Assembly: GCF_022045235.1 (NCBI RefSeq)
Contig: NW_027266275.1
Location: forward strand, 53,878,001-53,942,000
Length of the DNA: 64,000 bases
Direction of reading: 5' to 3'
Source of the DNA: Haliotis cracherodii
Lineage: Eukaryota
The notes below the pieces were generated by a model. The model did not search any database, was not told where the DNA came from, and worked only from the letters and a program-made list of their open reading frames with translations. Positions 56,901 through 64,000 of this stretch are shown here, piece after piece (the stretch's first letter is position 1; the number at the start of each line of letters is the position of its first letter). The position numbers were made by a program, and so were the translations under genes.

Positions 56901-59900
56901 GGCTACGATGACATGCATCGGTAGCGAGCCGGACCACCCGAAACCGTTAGTCGCCTATTAAAAGACAAGAATGGTTTGCTGAAGACCGATTCTGACCGAT
57001 ACTAACCAACTCTGTGTTATACGATGTCGTAACATGAAGAATTTGTGTTGGATTACTGACAACACGGCAATACTGACCAAAGAAATTTGTCTGATTCGTT
57101 TCTACGCTGAAGTTTGACGAGGAATTGCTGAGTGCGTCCATGAAAACGCCAGTGAGGGTTCTGCCGTCGATGACGGTGGTGGAGTTGTCGCTGCTGCTGT
57201 TGCTGGTTGTGTTGGGAGTCTTCAATACGATTGTGAAATCAACCTCCACACTTCCTTCTCTGAAATGAAAGTATCGAGGTTAAAGTCACGTCTACATCGC
57301 GAAACAGACACGTAAGTGCACAATACTAGTTGTGCTCAGGGTCTACATCACGAAACAGACACGTAAGTGTCAATACCAGTTGTGCTCAGCGTGTGTTACA
57401 AGTGGCAACTGATGGGTGTAACATGCTTGTCGGAAATGTCATATAGGGACCGAATAGTTGTTATTCGGGGCGGGGGTCTGGGATATCAAATAATCGATAC
57501 CTTAATACAATTTACCTTTTCTGATTTAACAGGTTGAAATAAATCACGATATATACTGCTGAACAAACTTACAAAAATCAATCTCTTACAGTGGACGCGA
57601 ATCTGCATAACCCGTTCAGTCCATAACAACAATTGGGGAGATTTGCCCATGGGCCAGTGATTTCAACAACGACAGCGTTGAGTCGACGTGATGCATTGAC
57701 GAATATACGTAGAACATGAACTCCACGTGCAGTGTGTCACACACAGTGCACACCCTCCTGTTCAATAGAAATGTATTCTTCTGTGGCGCGCAGAAAACCT
57801 ACAGTTCCAAAACGCGGTGTCCAAACCGACTTTTCTTCATTTTTTTTAGCTGTATAAGCAATGACGTACTTCCCGTTATGTGAAAGTATTTTAGATCATA
57901 AAGATCACTATTCAATCTTTTCCATGTATCATTTCATAAAAAAGACACAGAAATTCATTCCTGGCTATGATTGATAGGAGATATGCGACCTACCTGAAGC
58001 CTTGGATGACGGCAGAGTGATAGTTATCCGACAGGGAGCTCGACAGAAGTATTGAATCCAGCTGAAAATAAGAACAATGAAGAATTTATGAATGAGTGAG
58101 TGAGTGATACTACTTGGCAGTCTATCAAGTTTACCCTCTCTTTTGAACTATGATACAATAATTCCTTCGTATGCAAATATATCACCGGGGGATAAATAGA
58201 GGTTATCACACAAGCGTGATAACCTCTTTATCATATAATGTCATTGTTTAATTCTGTGCTTCAAAATAGCTTTCCCTCTCTCACAAACATTACCGAAACA
58301 TTGCGAGTTTTCCTGGAATGCGCGCATTAATATTTATTACGTCACAGGGTAAGTGATGTGTGTGTAGGACTGTGACAGTAGCCAATATAGTTCCAACTGA
58401 AATCTGTTTCATATACAGTGGCGAAGCAACTTATACGCAAAACAACAGTTGTTTTTAATTGCCTTTCGTGGCAATCCATCGGTCTGTCCGCTAGAGTAAC
58501 TGCCCTTTGTCAAAGGGAAGCTACTCTAACCCTAGTCTTTGAGTCACGGCCACGGTCAGACGTTGTTGACAGTCGGTCTGTCCTTTCATAATGTACACAC
58601 AGCGACAAATCGAAACAAGGTAACAGTTCAAACATATTTCGGCCGAATCCAACCATTTTGATTTGTTGAGAAGGTTTCAAGCCACAAAGGTCTACAAGCA
58701 CAGATATGGTCACTGATCCCGCTTGGCTAGGCCTCGTGCCCTCGCAAAATTGTTTCGAAATTTATATCTCGAAAGTTGCCAAAACTTATAAAATGCCTTA
58801 GCTACGTCACGGTTAGACACTGATTTTCAGTATATTAGACTGTTCGTTTGATAATGATAGCAATTATCCCTGTAGTTTATCCAGATTCACGATGGTTAAT
58901 TCTGACTCGATCGCCGAATGACAAGGGCGACGCCATGTTTGTTTATAAACAGTGAAAGTAGTCCCTACTTGACCTTAGATATTTGCATCTCTATCCGCAT
59001 ATGACCCCAACGGATATCGTTTTTATCCGTTGGCTTTATCCTGCCGAGAAACCTACCCATTATATGAATAAAAGCGTATATCTTTATTAGAATCGCCAAT
59101 AATGTCCTATATCACCAGTTCATTTTGTTTTCAATGCTGTGATTTCGAGTGGGTGAGTGAGTTGGGTTTAACGCCGCTTTAAACATTATTCCAGTTATAT
59201 CGTGGCGTGTCAGCTTAATGTGGGAGGAAAGCCCCTAAGTGATGCAGGTCTCAGACGTTTACCACTTCGGTGAAACCCACGAATACGGGTATGGTGCTGA
59301 CAAACCTAGAAACATAATTGGGGCGAACCTGGATTCGGACCCACAATAATAGGTTTCTGGCGTGTCCAAGGGACGCAACTCTGCACAGCGAATCGCGGCG
59401 CCTTAGACGACTTGGCCCCCTGTGATTTTGAATACTGACTGTAATGGCCCTGTCACACTACAACGTATACCAGTAACGTATGGCGACGAATGAGAATGTG
59501 AAAACGCCGACAACGCTGAAACACGCTATGGATAAGTTAGGTGTAAATTGTATACGTTAAAAGCACGCTGGTATACGTTGTTGTACGCCGAGGCTTAAAA
59601 ACAGTGCATGCACAAAATTTTCAGCGTATGGGCACGTATGAACCTTTTACATATCTAGACTGCTGTCGCCTTTCGTTGTAATTTGATGAATGGGTGTACA
59701 CTACTAGTTATATTACCGAGGGATCCGTTTTTGGCACCTTTCCCCTACACTGAGCGCGTTAGTCATACGTTACTCAAAAGCTGGGTATACGCTGGCCATA
59801 CGTTGAACACGCCAGACACACGCTGGCAATACGCTTTTATACCCTGTCATAAGTTATGTATAAGTCAGAGATACGCTACTAACTCGTTAAGAATACGCTA

Positions 59901-60907
59901 TGGATACGCTAAAATCATGTTTTTTCGATGAAAGCTCGATGTATGACAGCGTACTAACCTTCTTTTACACGCTAGGTGCAAGTTACTCTGAAACGTTGTA
60001 GTGTGACAGGGCAATAAAATATGGACAAAAATATTACTTCGAGGCGGTATGTTCACTATAATTCCCTCATGATGTCAACAATGTGTTAATTTGATTGCTC
60101 GGAAGTATGATTAAGAATTGGATTGCAAAAATAACGAATTTCAATATCTTTACTCCACGCAAAAGTTAAGCATGGCAACCAGCTGTATGCAGTATACAAG
60201 CAATGAAGGCCGTTATCCGACTGAAACATGAGGAATTTGTCTCAACTACTCAGATAAAGGTTCCTAAAGTTTTAAAACGACCTGTTAAGAAGAAATTTCA
60301 AATTGGAAACGTATATATTTTATCTAATGTAAATACAAAAATGGATGGCAAGGATCAATATTGTTAAAATAAAGTGGACTTTGCATCTACGCCTATACAT
60401 CACGCTTACTATCCATTCAAACAATGGCAATTCATCCTTCAAGCCTAGTTATCCATCATCCATCTATCTCACCCTCCTATCCACGCTTCATCAATAAATT
60501 CATCACACTTCCCATCCATCCATCACTCTATAAACAACCCAGCATCTAAGCAGCCACACTTAGCCACCCCCATCTGTCTGTCCATCCGATCAGACAGCGT
60601 GTCGTCTGTCAATCGGAACTTACCAGATTGATGATTTTATCTTCCAAGTCGACGAATGCCGACGTGTTGCTGTACAGGAAGTCCGGGTTCCAGTCTATCC
60701 CGTGAATGATGCGGAGTCTCCCGTGTATGTGAATCCTGTCCTCACTCAGGGTGAGATCCCTCCGGACTCGGTGGTGGGGAGGCTCCAGTGAAGGGGAGGG
60801 GGTGCTGTACAGAAGGTGTTTCGGCAACTTGTAGGTGTTGTCGCCATTGTTGTGGCTAGCTTTGCTGGCGTCTTTGCTGATCACGTTCGCAGAATCTACG
60901 GACGTCC
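2455..60907 (-). CDS. Giant multi-exon polycystin-1/REJ-like receptor with SEA, mucin, cbEGF, PKD, REJ and GAIN regions (partial at both ends; 32 exons predicted in window)
   Basis: Manually chained GT-AG exons with consistent phases, about 23.6 kb coding if exon 4 uses the 47008 donor. Contains GSVVV SEA motifs, DxNEC...CxNxxGSYxC cbEGF repeats, WDFGDG PKD motifs, REJ-type segments ([17 protein letters not shown]) and GAIN-type segments (NPYVWDNS). Confidence 0.85.
3104..3545. mobile_element. Non-autonomous DNA transposon (Mutator-like MITE)
   Basis: ~60-bp near-perfect TIRs (catcttcccgaggcaagagagttaactgac...) and a 9-bp direct repeat acctagaag at 3095-3103 and 3546-3554. Confidence 0.85.
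4780..5025 (-). CDS. GAIN exon
   Basis: [33 protein letters not shown]...GSFKLPS...IIDTK; AAG|gtgagt donor. Confidence 0.88.
5563..5711 (-). CDS. GAIN-A exon
   Basis: [19 protein letters not shown]...ADSESQAK; tttcaacag acceptor; phase 1 to 0. Confidence 0.75.
6045..6147 (-). CDS. GAIN-A exon
   Basis: [34 protein letters not shown]; tcattcag acceptor, G|gtatac donor. Confidence 0.75.
6576..6701 (-). CDS. GAIN-A helical exon
   Basis: [42 protein letters not shown], typical of polycystin-1-family helical region; CAG|gttagt donor. Confidence 0.85.
7450..8680 (-). mobile_element. Degenerate LINE RT / C-terminal fragment
   Basis: [33 protein letters not shown] and a downstream [10 protein letters not shown]...LCIFCN...[14 protein letters not shown] remnant. 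Confidence 0.75.
9303..9410 (-). CDS. Linker exon
   Basis: [36 protein letters not shown]; tttcttcag acceptor, GAG|gtgaag donor. Confidence 0.75.
9907..10071 (-). CDS. REJ C-terminal / helical GAIN-A exon
   Basis: [15 protein letters not shown]...[19 protein letters not shown]; ttccag acceptor, GAG|gtaagg donor. Confidence 0.85.
10277..11170. repeat. 20-bp tandem repeat (caa(a/c)caacagtacag(t/c)atta), about 44 copies, intronic
   Basis: Directly visible 20-bp periodicity. Confidence 0.95.
11515..12165. repeat. 39-bp minisatellite abutting the donor of exon 12164-12432
   Basis: Unit approximately agtactgcatctgttgcaccagatacgataataatactt, about 16-17 copies. Confidence 0.9.
12164..12432 (-). 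CDS. REJ exon
   Basis: [19 protein letters not shown]...[47 protein letters not shown]; CAG|gtgcag donor. Confidence 0.88.
13075..13421 (-). CDS. REJ exon
   Basis: [12 protein letters not shown]...[17 protein letters not shown]; ttgcag acceptor, G|gtaagc donor. Confidence 0.9.
14071..16912 (-). CDS. Large exon: about 7 PKD repeats and start of REJ module
   Basis: ORF 14067-16670 stays open upstream to a ccaacag acceptor at 16913-16914. Motifs TYGDG, DYGDG, DFGDN, NFGGG, WDFGDG, FDMGD; REJ-type ESYDPD...FTYVWWC; donor AC|gtaagt. Confidence 0.92.
17412..17552 (-). CDS. cbEGF exon 11 (after SEA3)
   Basis: [47 protein letters not shown]; 141 nt, phase 1 to 1. Confidence 0.9.
17850..18678. repeat. 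40-bp minisatellite derived from the SEA3 exon end plus splice donor, about 20 copies
   Basis: Unit ctcaatacctgtgacgtatatatcagattggttgatgacc; period 40 (17961, 18001, 18041...). Confidence 0.95.
18647..18860 (-). CDS. SEA3 C-terminal exon with GSVVV motif
   Basis: ctccacag acceptor, G|gtattg donor; [37 protein letters not shown]...INQSDIYVT. Confidence 0.85.
19102..19247. other. Assembly gap (N run) inside the intron between the two SEA3 exons
   Basis: Run of n. Confidence 1.
19842..19969 (-). CDS. SEA3 N-terminal exon
   Basis: ttcccag acceptor, ACC|gtaagc donor; [43 protein letters not shown]. Confidence 0.85.
20550..20669 (-). CDS. cbEGF exon 10
   Basis: [40 protein letters not shown]; 120 nt. 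Confidence 0.9.
21676..21795 (-). CDS. cbEGF exon 9
   Basis: [40 protein letters not shown]; 120 nt. Confidence 0.9.
22608..22724 (-). CDS. cbEGF exon 8
   Basis: [39 protein letters not shown]; 117 nt. Confidence 0.9.
23487..23603 (-). CDS. cbEGF exon 7
   Basis: [39 protein letters not shown]; 117 nt. Confidence 0.9.
23818..23934 (-). CDS. cbEGF exon 6
   Basis: [39 protein letters not shown]; 117 nt. Confidence 0.9.
24321..24437 (-). CDS. cbEGF exon 5
   Basis: [39 protein letters not shown]; 117 nt. Confidence 0.9.
25766..25882 (-). CDS. cbEGF exon 4
   Basis: [39 protein letters not shown]; 117 nt. Confidence 0.9.
26341..26628 (-). mobile_element. tRNA-derived SINE-like element with (GAGT)n end; near-identical copy at 59150-59420
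   Basis: Shared body ...gggattcgaacccac...gcgaatcgcggcgccttagacgac; B-box (GGTTCGAATCC on the minus strand). Confidence 0.7.
27090..27206 (-). CDS. cbEGF exon 3
   Basis: [39 protein letters not shown]; 117 nt. Confidence 0.9.
27389..27505 (-). CDS. cbEGF exon 2
   Basis: [39 protein letters not shown]; 117 nt. Confidence 0.9.
28173..28289 (-). CDS. cbEGF exon 1
   Basis: [39 protein letters not shown]; 117 nt, AG/GT bounded. Confidence 0.85.
28918..30597 (-). CDS. Exon 9: mucin-like exon with about 16 copies of a 22-aa (66-bp) repeat [22 protein letters not shown]
   Basis: 608-aa ORF; aattccag acceptor, G|gtaagt donor; 1680 nt, phase 1 to 1. Confidence 0.8.
30853..30906 (-). CDS. Exon 8: 54-nt phase-1 symmetric linker
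   Basis: ccttacag acceptor, G|gtatga donor; [18 protein letters not shown]. Confidence 0.65.
31145..31281 (-). CDS. Exon 7: SEA2 with canonical GSVVV motif
   Basis: cttgcag acceptor; (R)[45 protein letters not shown]; donor G|gttaac. Confidence 0.8.
32250..32317 (-). CDS. Exon 6: SEA2 middle (68 nt)
   Basis: ttttgtag acceptor, AG|gtagag donor; [22 protein letters not shown](R). Confidence 0.85.
32563..38166 (-). CDS. Exon 5: Thr/Ser/Pro mucin (PSDTTTSA-type repeats, 26-aa repeats) ending in the N-terminal part of SEA2
   Basis: 1901-aa ORF; ctattccag acceptor, TTC|gtgagt donor; ends [35 protein letters not shown]. Confidence 0.85.
41220..41455. repeat. Interspersed repeat family (copies at about 4495-4760 inverted, 20240-20460, 20910-21085, 56770-57000, 63065-63140)
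   Basis: Shared core catgagcatcgatccacgcaattggg...gaccacccgatcccgttagtcgcctcttacgacaagcat. Confidence 0.75.
42741..44030 (-). mobile_element. Full-length mariner (DD34D) transposon with disrupted transposase
   Basis: Perfect 30-bp TIRs (cgagggctggctgaaaagttctaagcctaa), TA on both sides, 1290 bp; motifs WVP (followed by a stop), MDETWIH and [13 protein letters not shown] split over several frames. Confidence 0.95.
44775..44998 (-). repeat. 75-bp tandem repeat x3 (25-aa [25 protein letters not shown])
   Basis: Copies start at 44781, 44856 and 44931. Confidence 0.85.
45603..45770 (-). mobile_element. Short tRNA-derived SINE (related copies at about 13860-14020 and 56400-56540)
   Basis: gagtgagtatggttttacgccg...atcgaacccgggtcctcggcgtgacgagcgaacgctttaacc; tRNA-like head on the minus strand. 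Confidence 0.65.
46831..56003 (-). CDS. Exon 4: giant Ser/Thr-rich mucin exon (10-aa [10 protein letters not shown] repeats plus larger duplicated blocks); 3' end uncertain (stop at 46831, or an internal donor such as 47008)
   Basis: 3069-codon ORF; ttgttgacag acceptor at 56004-56005 in phase 1, matching exon 3; candidate phase-0 donors at 55858, 55834 and 47008. Confidence 0.75.
57078..57259 (-). CDS. Exon 3: SEA1 C-terminal part with GSVEV motif
   Basis: catttcag acceptor, G|gtcagt donor; (R)[15 protein letters not shown]...[10 protein letters not shown]; phase 2 to 1. Confidence 0.8.
57994..58061 (-). CDS. Exon 2: SEA1 middle (68 nt)
   Basis: ttttcag acceptor, AG|gtaggt donor; [22 protein letters not shown](R); phase 0 to 2. 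Confidence 0.8.
59150..59420 (-). mobile_element. SINE copy, same family as 26341-26628
   Basis: Near-identical sequence by eye. Confidence 0.7.
59445..60014. mobile_element. Non-autonomous PIF/Harbinger-like MITE
   Basis: TIR gccctgtcacactacaacgt / acgttgtagtgtgacagggc, flanked by TAA on both sides. Confidence 0.7.
60624..60907 (-). CDS. Exon 1 in window: pro-region, furin-like RVRR site, N-terminal part of SEA domain 1
   Basis: tatcacag acceptor and CTG|gtaagt donor; encodes ...[51 protein letters not shown]. Confidence 0.8.
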
Positions 60908-61789
60908 CTGTGATAAACATGCTTTGTGTTAACTGCTGTTTGGATGTATATTATAAATATGCTACGTCATCTAAGTCGCAAGCATCAGAGACCAGTTTGA
61001 GACAGAATATTTTCTGTGCTAAAAAAGCACACCATATTATTCTGAAAGGAGGGATATAAAATGTATATGAACCACTAAACATTATGTTTCAAAACATCAA
61101 AGCATGTCCACTGTGTGATTAACATTCTGGGAACAAAACTCAGATAATTTTTTCGAGCTGTTTAAAGTTTTGACACAGTTTTTGCCCGCCGATGAATCAG
61201 TTCGTAGTTTATTTGTTTCGTCTTTACGAAACCTTGGAAGACAAACCCTTTGTCGAAAAGAGAAGTAAATATATATGTCATACAGAAAAAGCAGGGAATA
61301 CTTTGTTTTGAGGTGAAACTTCAGGAAGAAACACCAATGTCTCGATAAAGTAAGTGTGGCAAGAACATTAAATCAAGCTCCCAAAAATAATAATGAAGCC
61401 CGTGACCATGGACAGCACACTCAAGGGGTGTATGCCAGATTTACCATTGTCACTTAGACTCGGTTGTGAGCAGACGCATATTGTTTTCTTGATGTCATCC
61501 CACTTGATCTATTTTTGAAACCCAAGGTACCCAAAATTGATTAGGTCATGTGGGAATGCACGCATGATGACTTTTTGTCATTAGATCTTGTGGTAATGGG
61601 TTGTTAAGTGGGCTGTCATTTCATTCTCATCTGAGGGGTTATCAGGTTCAATAATCAATTCAAAGAGCAAACTTACATGTTTGCAGACAATGTCAACCTT
61701 TGTACATGATATATACATATACAACAATAACAATACCAATTTAAAGACATGAATATATAGATATCACTGATAAATATCAATGTAGCCAC

Positions 61790-62640
61790 AAATATGACGT
61801 GTGACCACTCTGGGTTCTCCTTGTATAGCGACACAAGTCCTAAACGTATCCTTCTCCACATATGGCTTCAGCAAAGTGGAAGAAGCATCTGCAAAATGTA
61901 ATCTGTCGAACGCAGGAGTAGCAGCATTTGCAGGAGCCTCTTCAAGGTCAATCTGAAACGACTTGTGGTTGGAGAAGCAGACGGTGTCGCTCTGCTTCCT
62001 GTTGTATCGTCTGAAATGTCCTGGTGTAGGTTGCCTCGGTCTTGTTTGGCAGCAGACAGTAGACAAAGAGAGTGAGAGTGTAGACTTGCAAAAAGAGTTT
62101 GCGAGAGGAATAGTATTTTCCATCAGCAGATTCTACATCAGCATCACAGAGGTGTTCATGTTTTCTCTTGTGGTGAAGAGTATAATCCTTTCGTTGTTGT
62201 CACCTTCACCAGAAATCAGAAAGTCATCACCGGCTTCAGTTGTTGTCGACTCGCCCTCCAGTTGGAAAGACTGTCTTGTCTTGGGTACCTTGGGACGAGT
62301 CTTCTGCCTTTCTGTAAGTCGGTGATTTCACAGAGATGTATGTAGGACAGTGCTGAAGGGCTTGCGTTGGTATCAGGTCAGCATTCTTCCTCTGGACGAA
62401 CAGCTGGACGTCATAGATGGATGAGCGTAGTCTCTGTTCTTGACCTCTCCAGTAGTCTCGCCTTGAACACGTCTACATCATGGTTGTGTGCAGTTGGTCC
62501 AACTTTCAGCAGCAGATTCATCGGAGGTCTGGATTGTACATTTGCAGTGCTGAACCGTGCATCTTCAATATGTTGTGTCATCTTTCTGTCTGTTAACCTT
62601 GAACTTATTGCCAGCAACCGAAGTGGTAAACGTCTGAGAC
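61790..62640 (-). mobile_element. Degenerate MULE (Mutator-like) transposase remnant
   Basis: Frameshifted pieces: AHNH; RQKTRPKVPKTR; ERIILFTTREN; LFLQVYTL; FVYCLLPNKTEATY; FQIDLEEA; RCFFHFAEAI/WRRIR-LGLVSLYKENPE. These match MULE DDE-domain motifs. Confidence 0.8.
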
Positions 62641-63599
62641 CTGCATCACTTTCCTCCCACATTACGCTGACACGCCGCGATATAACTGTAATACTGTTAA
62701 AAGCGGCGTTAAACCAAAATCACTCACTCACTCATTGCCAGCACGTTTCGGTAAATATCTGACAGCAACAAGTGCATTCGCCATTCTGACATTTGGTATG
62801 ACTACAAACATACATATATCTATATTGTTTTATTTATAAATCCTTACTTCTGCATTAAATGGAAAAGGAAATAACAAATCTTAATTGTAGTCTCGTATGT
62901 TCAGTTTACAACTTAGACTGCTTAAGCTGGGTAGAGCGGAAGGTGTCCTCCCACTAGTTACACGTCAGGTGATGGCTGACGGCACTGACTGGTCTACCCT
63001 ATGTTACCGAAGTAGTAGAATGATCCAAGAAAAGTAGAAAAGTAATCCTGTACTTGATGTATATATACGATGACATGCATCAACCAAGTCAGCGAGCCTG
63101 ACAACTAGATCCCGTTAGTCGACTCTTACGACAAGCAAGGACAGGAAGTGGATGTTCCATCAATGTATATGGTCTCTGCTGATTGAAGTGCCTCCAGTTG
63201 ACGTTAGGATTGGTCTATTACTCAGTAGGGGTGGTATTACTTATCCCCCTCCTGGCCTCACAGGCTGTGTAACAACTGGGAATATAGGTGTGTGACAAAT
63301 TGGACGTGTAACTATTGGGTGATAATGTCCTTAATTAGTCCTTTATCTACTATAGAGTCTCATGTGGCCTTTTCCACTGCATCGACGCACCTCAGTAAAC
63401 TCATGCTTTAGATCATCTGGGATCAGATTTAGTCATGCGTTTATAGATCAACTGGGAAAAGTTTAGTCTAAAAATTAGATTATGAGGGCTTAACCCGTTT
63501 TCTTGGAACCAAATTCTTAAAGACACGTCATTAAACACATTTAATCACTAAGGAAGCAACCGCATTCACGTGAGACGTTTGCAAAGTGCTGAACGTACA

Positions 63600-64000
63600 C
63601 GTGCCATAGGCATGTTACAGGTGGTCACACGTCAGAATATTGTTGCCCAAACGGTGCATGTTTCTCAATCTGTCATTGGCAGATTGTGAGGCCGATACCA
63701 ACAAACACATAACGTCGATGATCGACGCCGCTCTGGAAGCCCAAGGGATACAACTGTAGCCCTGAACAGATTAGTCAGAACGATGGTATGAAGAAATCGG
63801 TTGCAAATTGCCACTCAGATAAGGGACCGATTGCAACAGGTCAATACTGTCGGGACAACATCATTACACCACTCGAGGTGCGATATGCAGGACGTGTTGG
63901 GAAACGCTTCATCTTTCAAGGTCGTTCCAGGATTGTGACCCAGTTCATCCAACAGCAAACCATCTATGTCATACCATGGCCTGCCCTCAGACCTGACTTG
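63600..64000 (+). mobile_element. Degenerate Tc1-like transposase fragment
   Basis: End of window reads SRIVTQFIQQQTIYVIPWPALRPDL, resembling the Tc1 WPAxSPDLNPIE motif; left boundary approximate. Confidence 0.55.

Noticed and set aside
61764-62662. Candidate upstream exons of the polycystin-like gene
   Set aside because: The pieces match MULE transposase motifs across frameshifts, not a secreted-protein N-terminus.

Overview
Animal genomic DNA, probably a mollusc (the GAGT-tailed tRNA-derived SINEs resemble gastropod/abalone repeats; this is inference). Almost the whole window is one minus-strand, intron-rich locus. By hand I could chain 32 GT-AG exons with compatible reading phases from 60907 down to 2455. 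One junction is uncertain: the donor of the giant mucin exon. The chain would encode about 7,860 aa of ectodomain: furin-like RVRR site, SEA1, giant Ser/Thr mucin (~3,000 aa), Thr/Ser/Pro mucin (~1,850 aa), SEA2, 22-aa-repeat mucin, 10 calcium-binding EGF repeats, SEA3, EGF, ~7 PKD repeats, REJ module and the GAIN region. This is a polycystin-1/REJ-family receptor carrying a transmembrane-mucin-like N-terminus. I found no signal-peptide exon, and the GPS/TM exons should lie left of base 1. Other notable structure: a ~7.5 kb decayed continuation of the giant mucin exon (about 39300-46830), a 40-bp minisatellite made of ~20 copies of an exon end plus its splice donor, a full-length mariner with perfect TIRs, Mutator-type and Harbinger-type MITEs, degenerate MULE, Tc1 and LINE remnants, SINEs, and one assembly gap.
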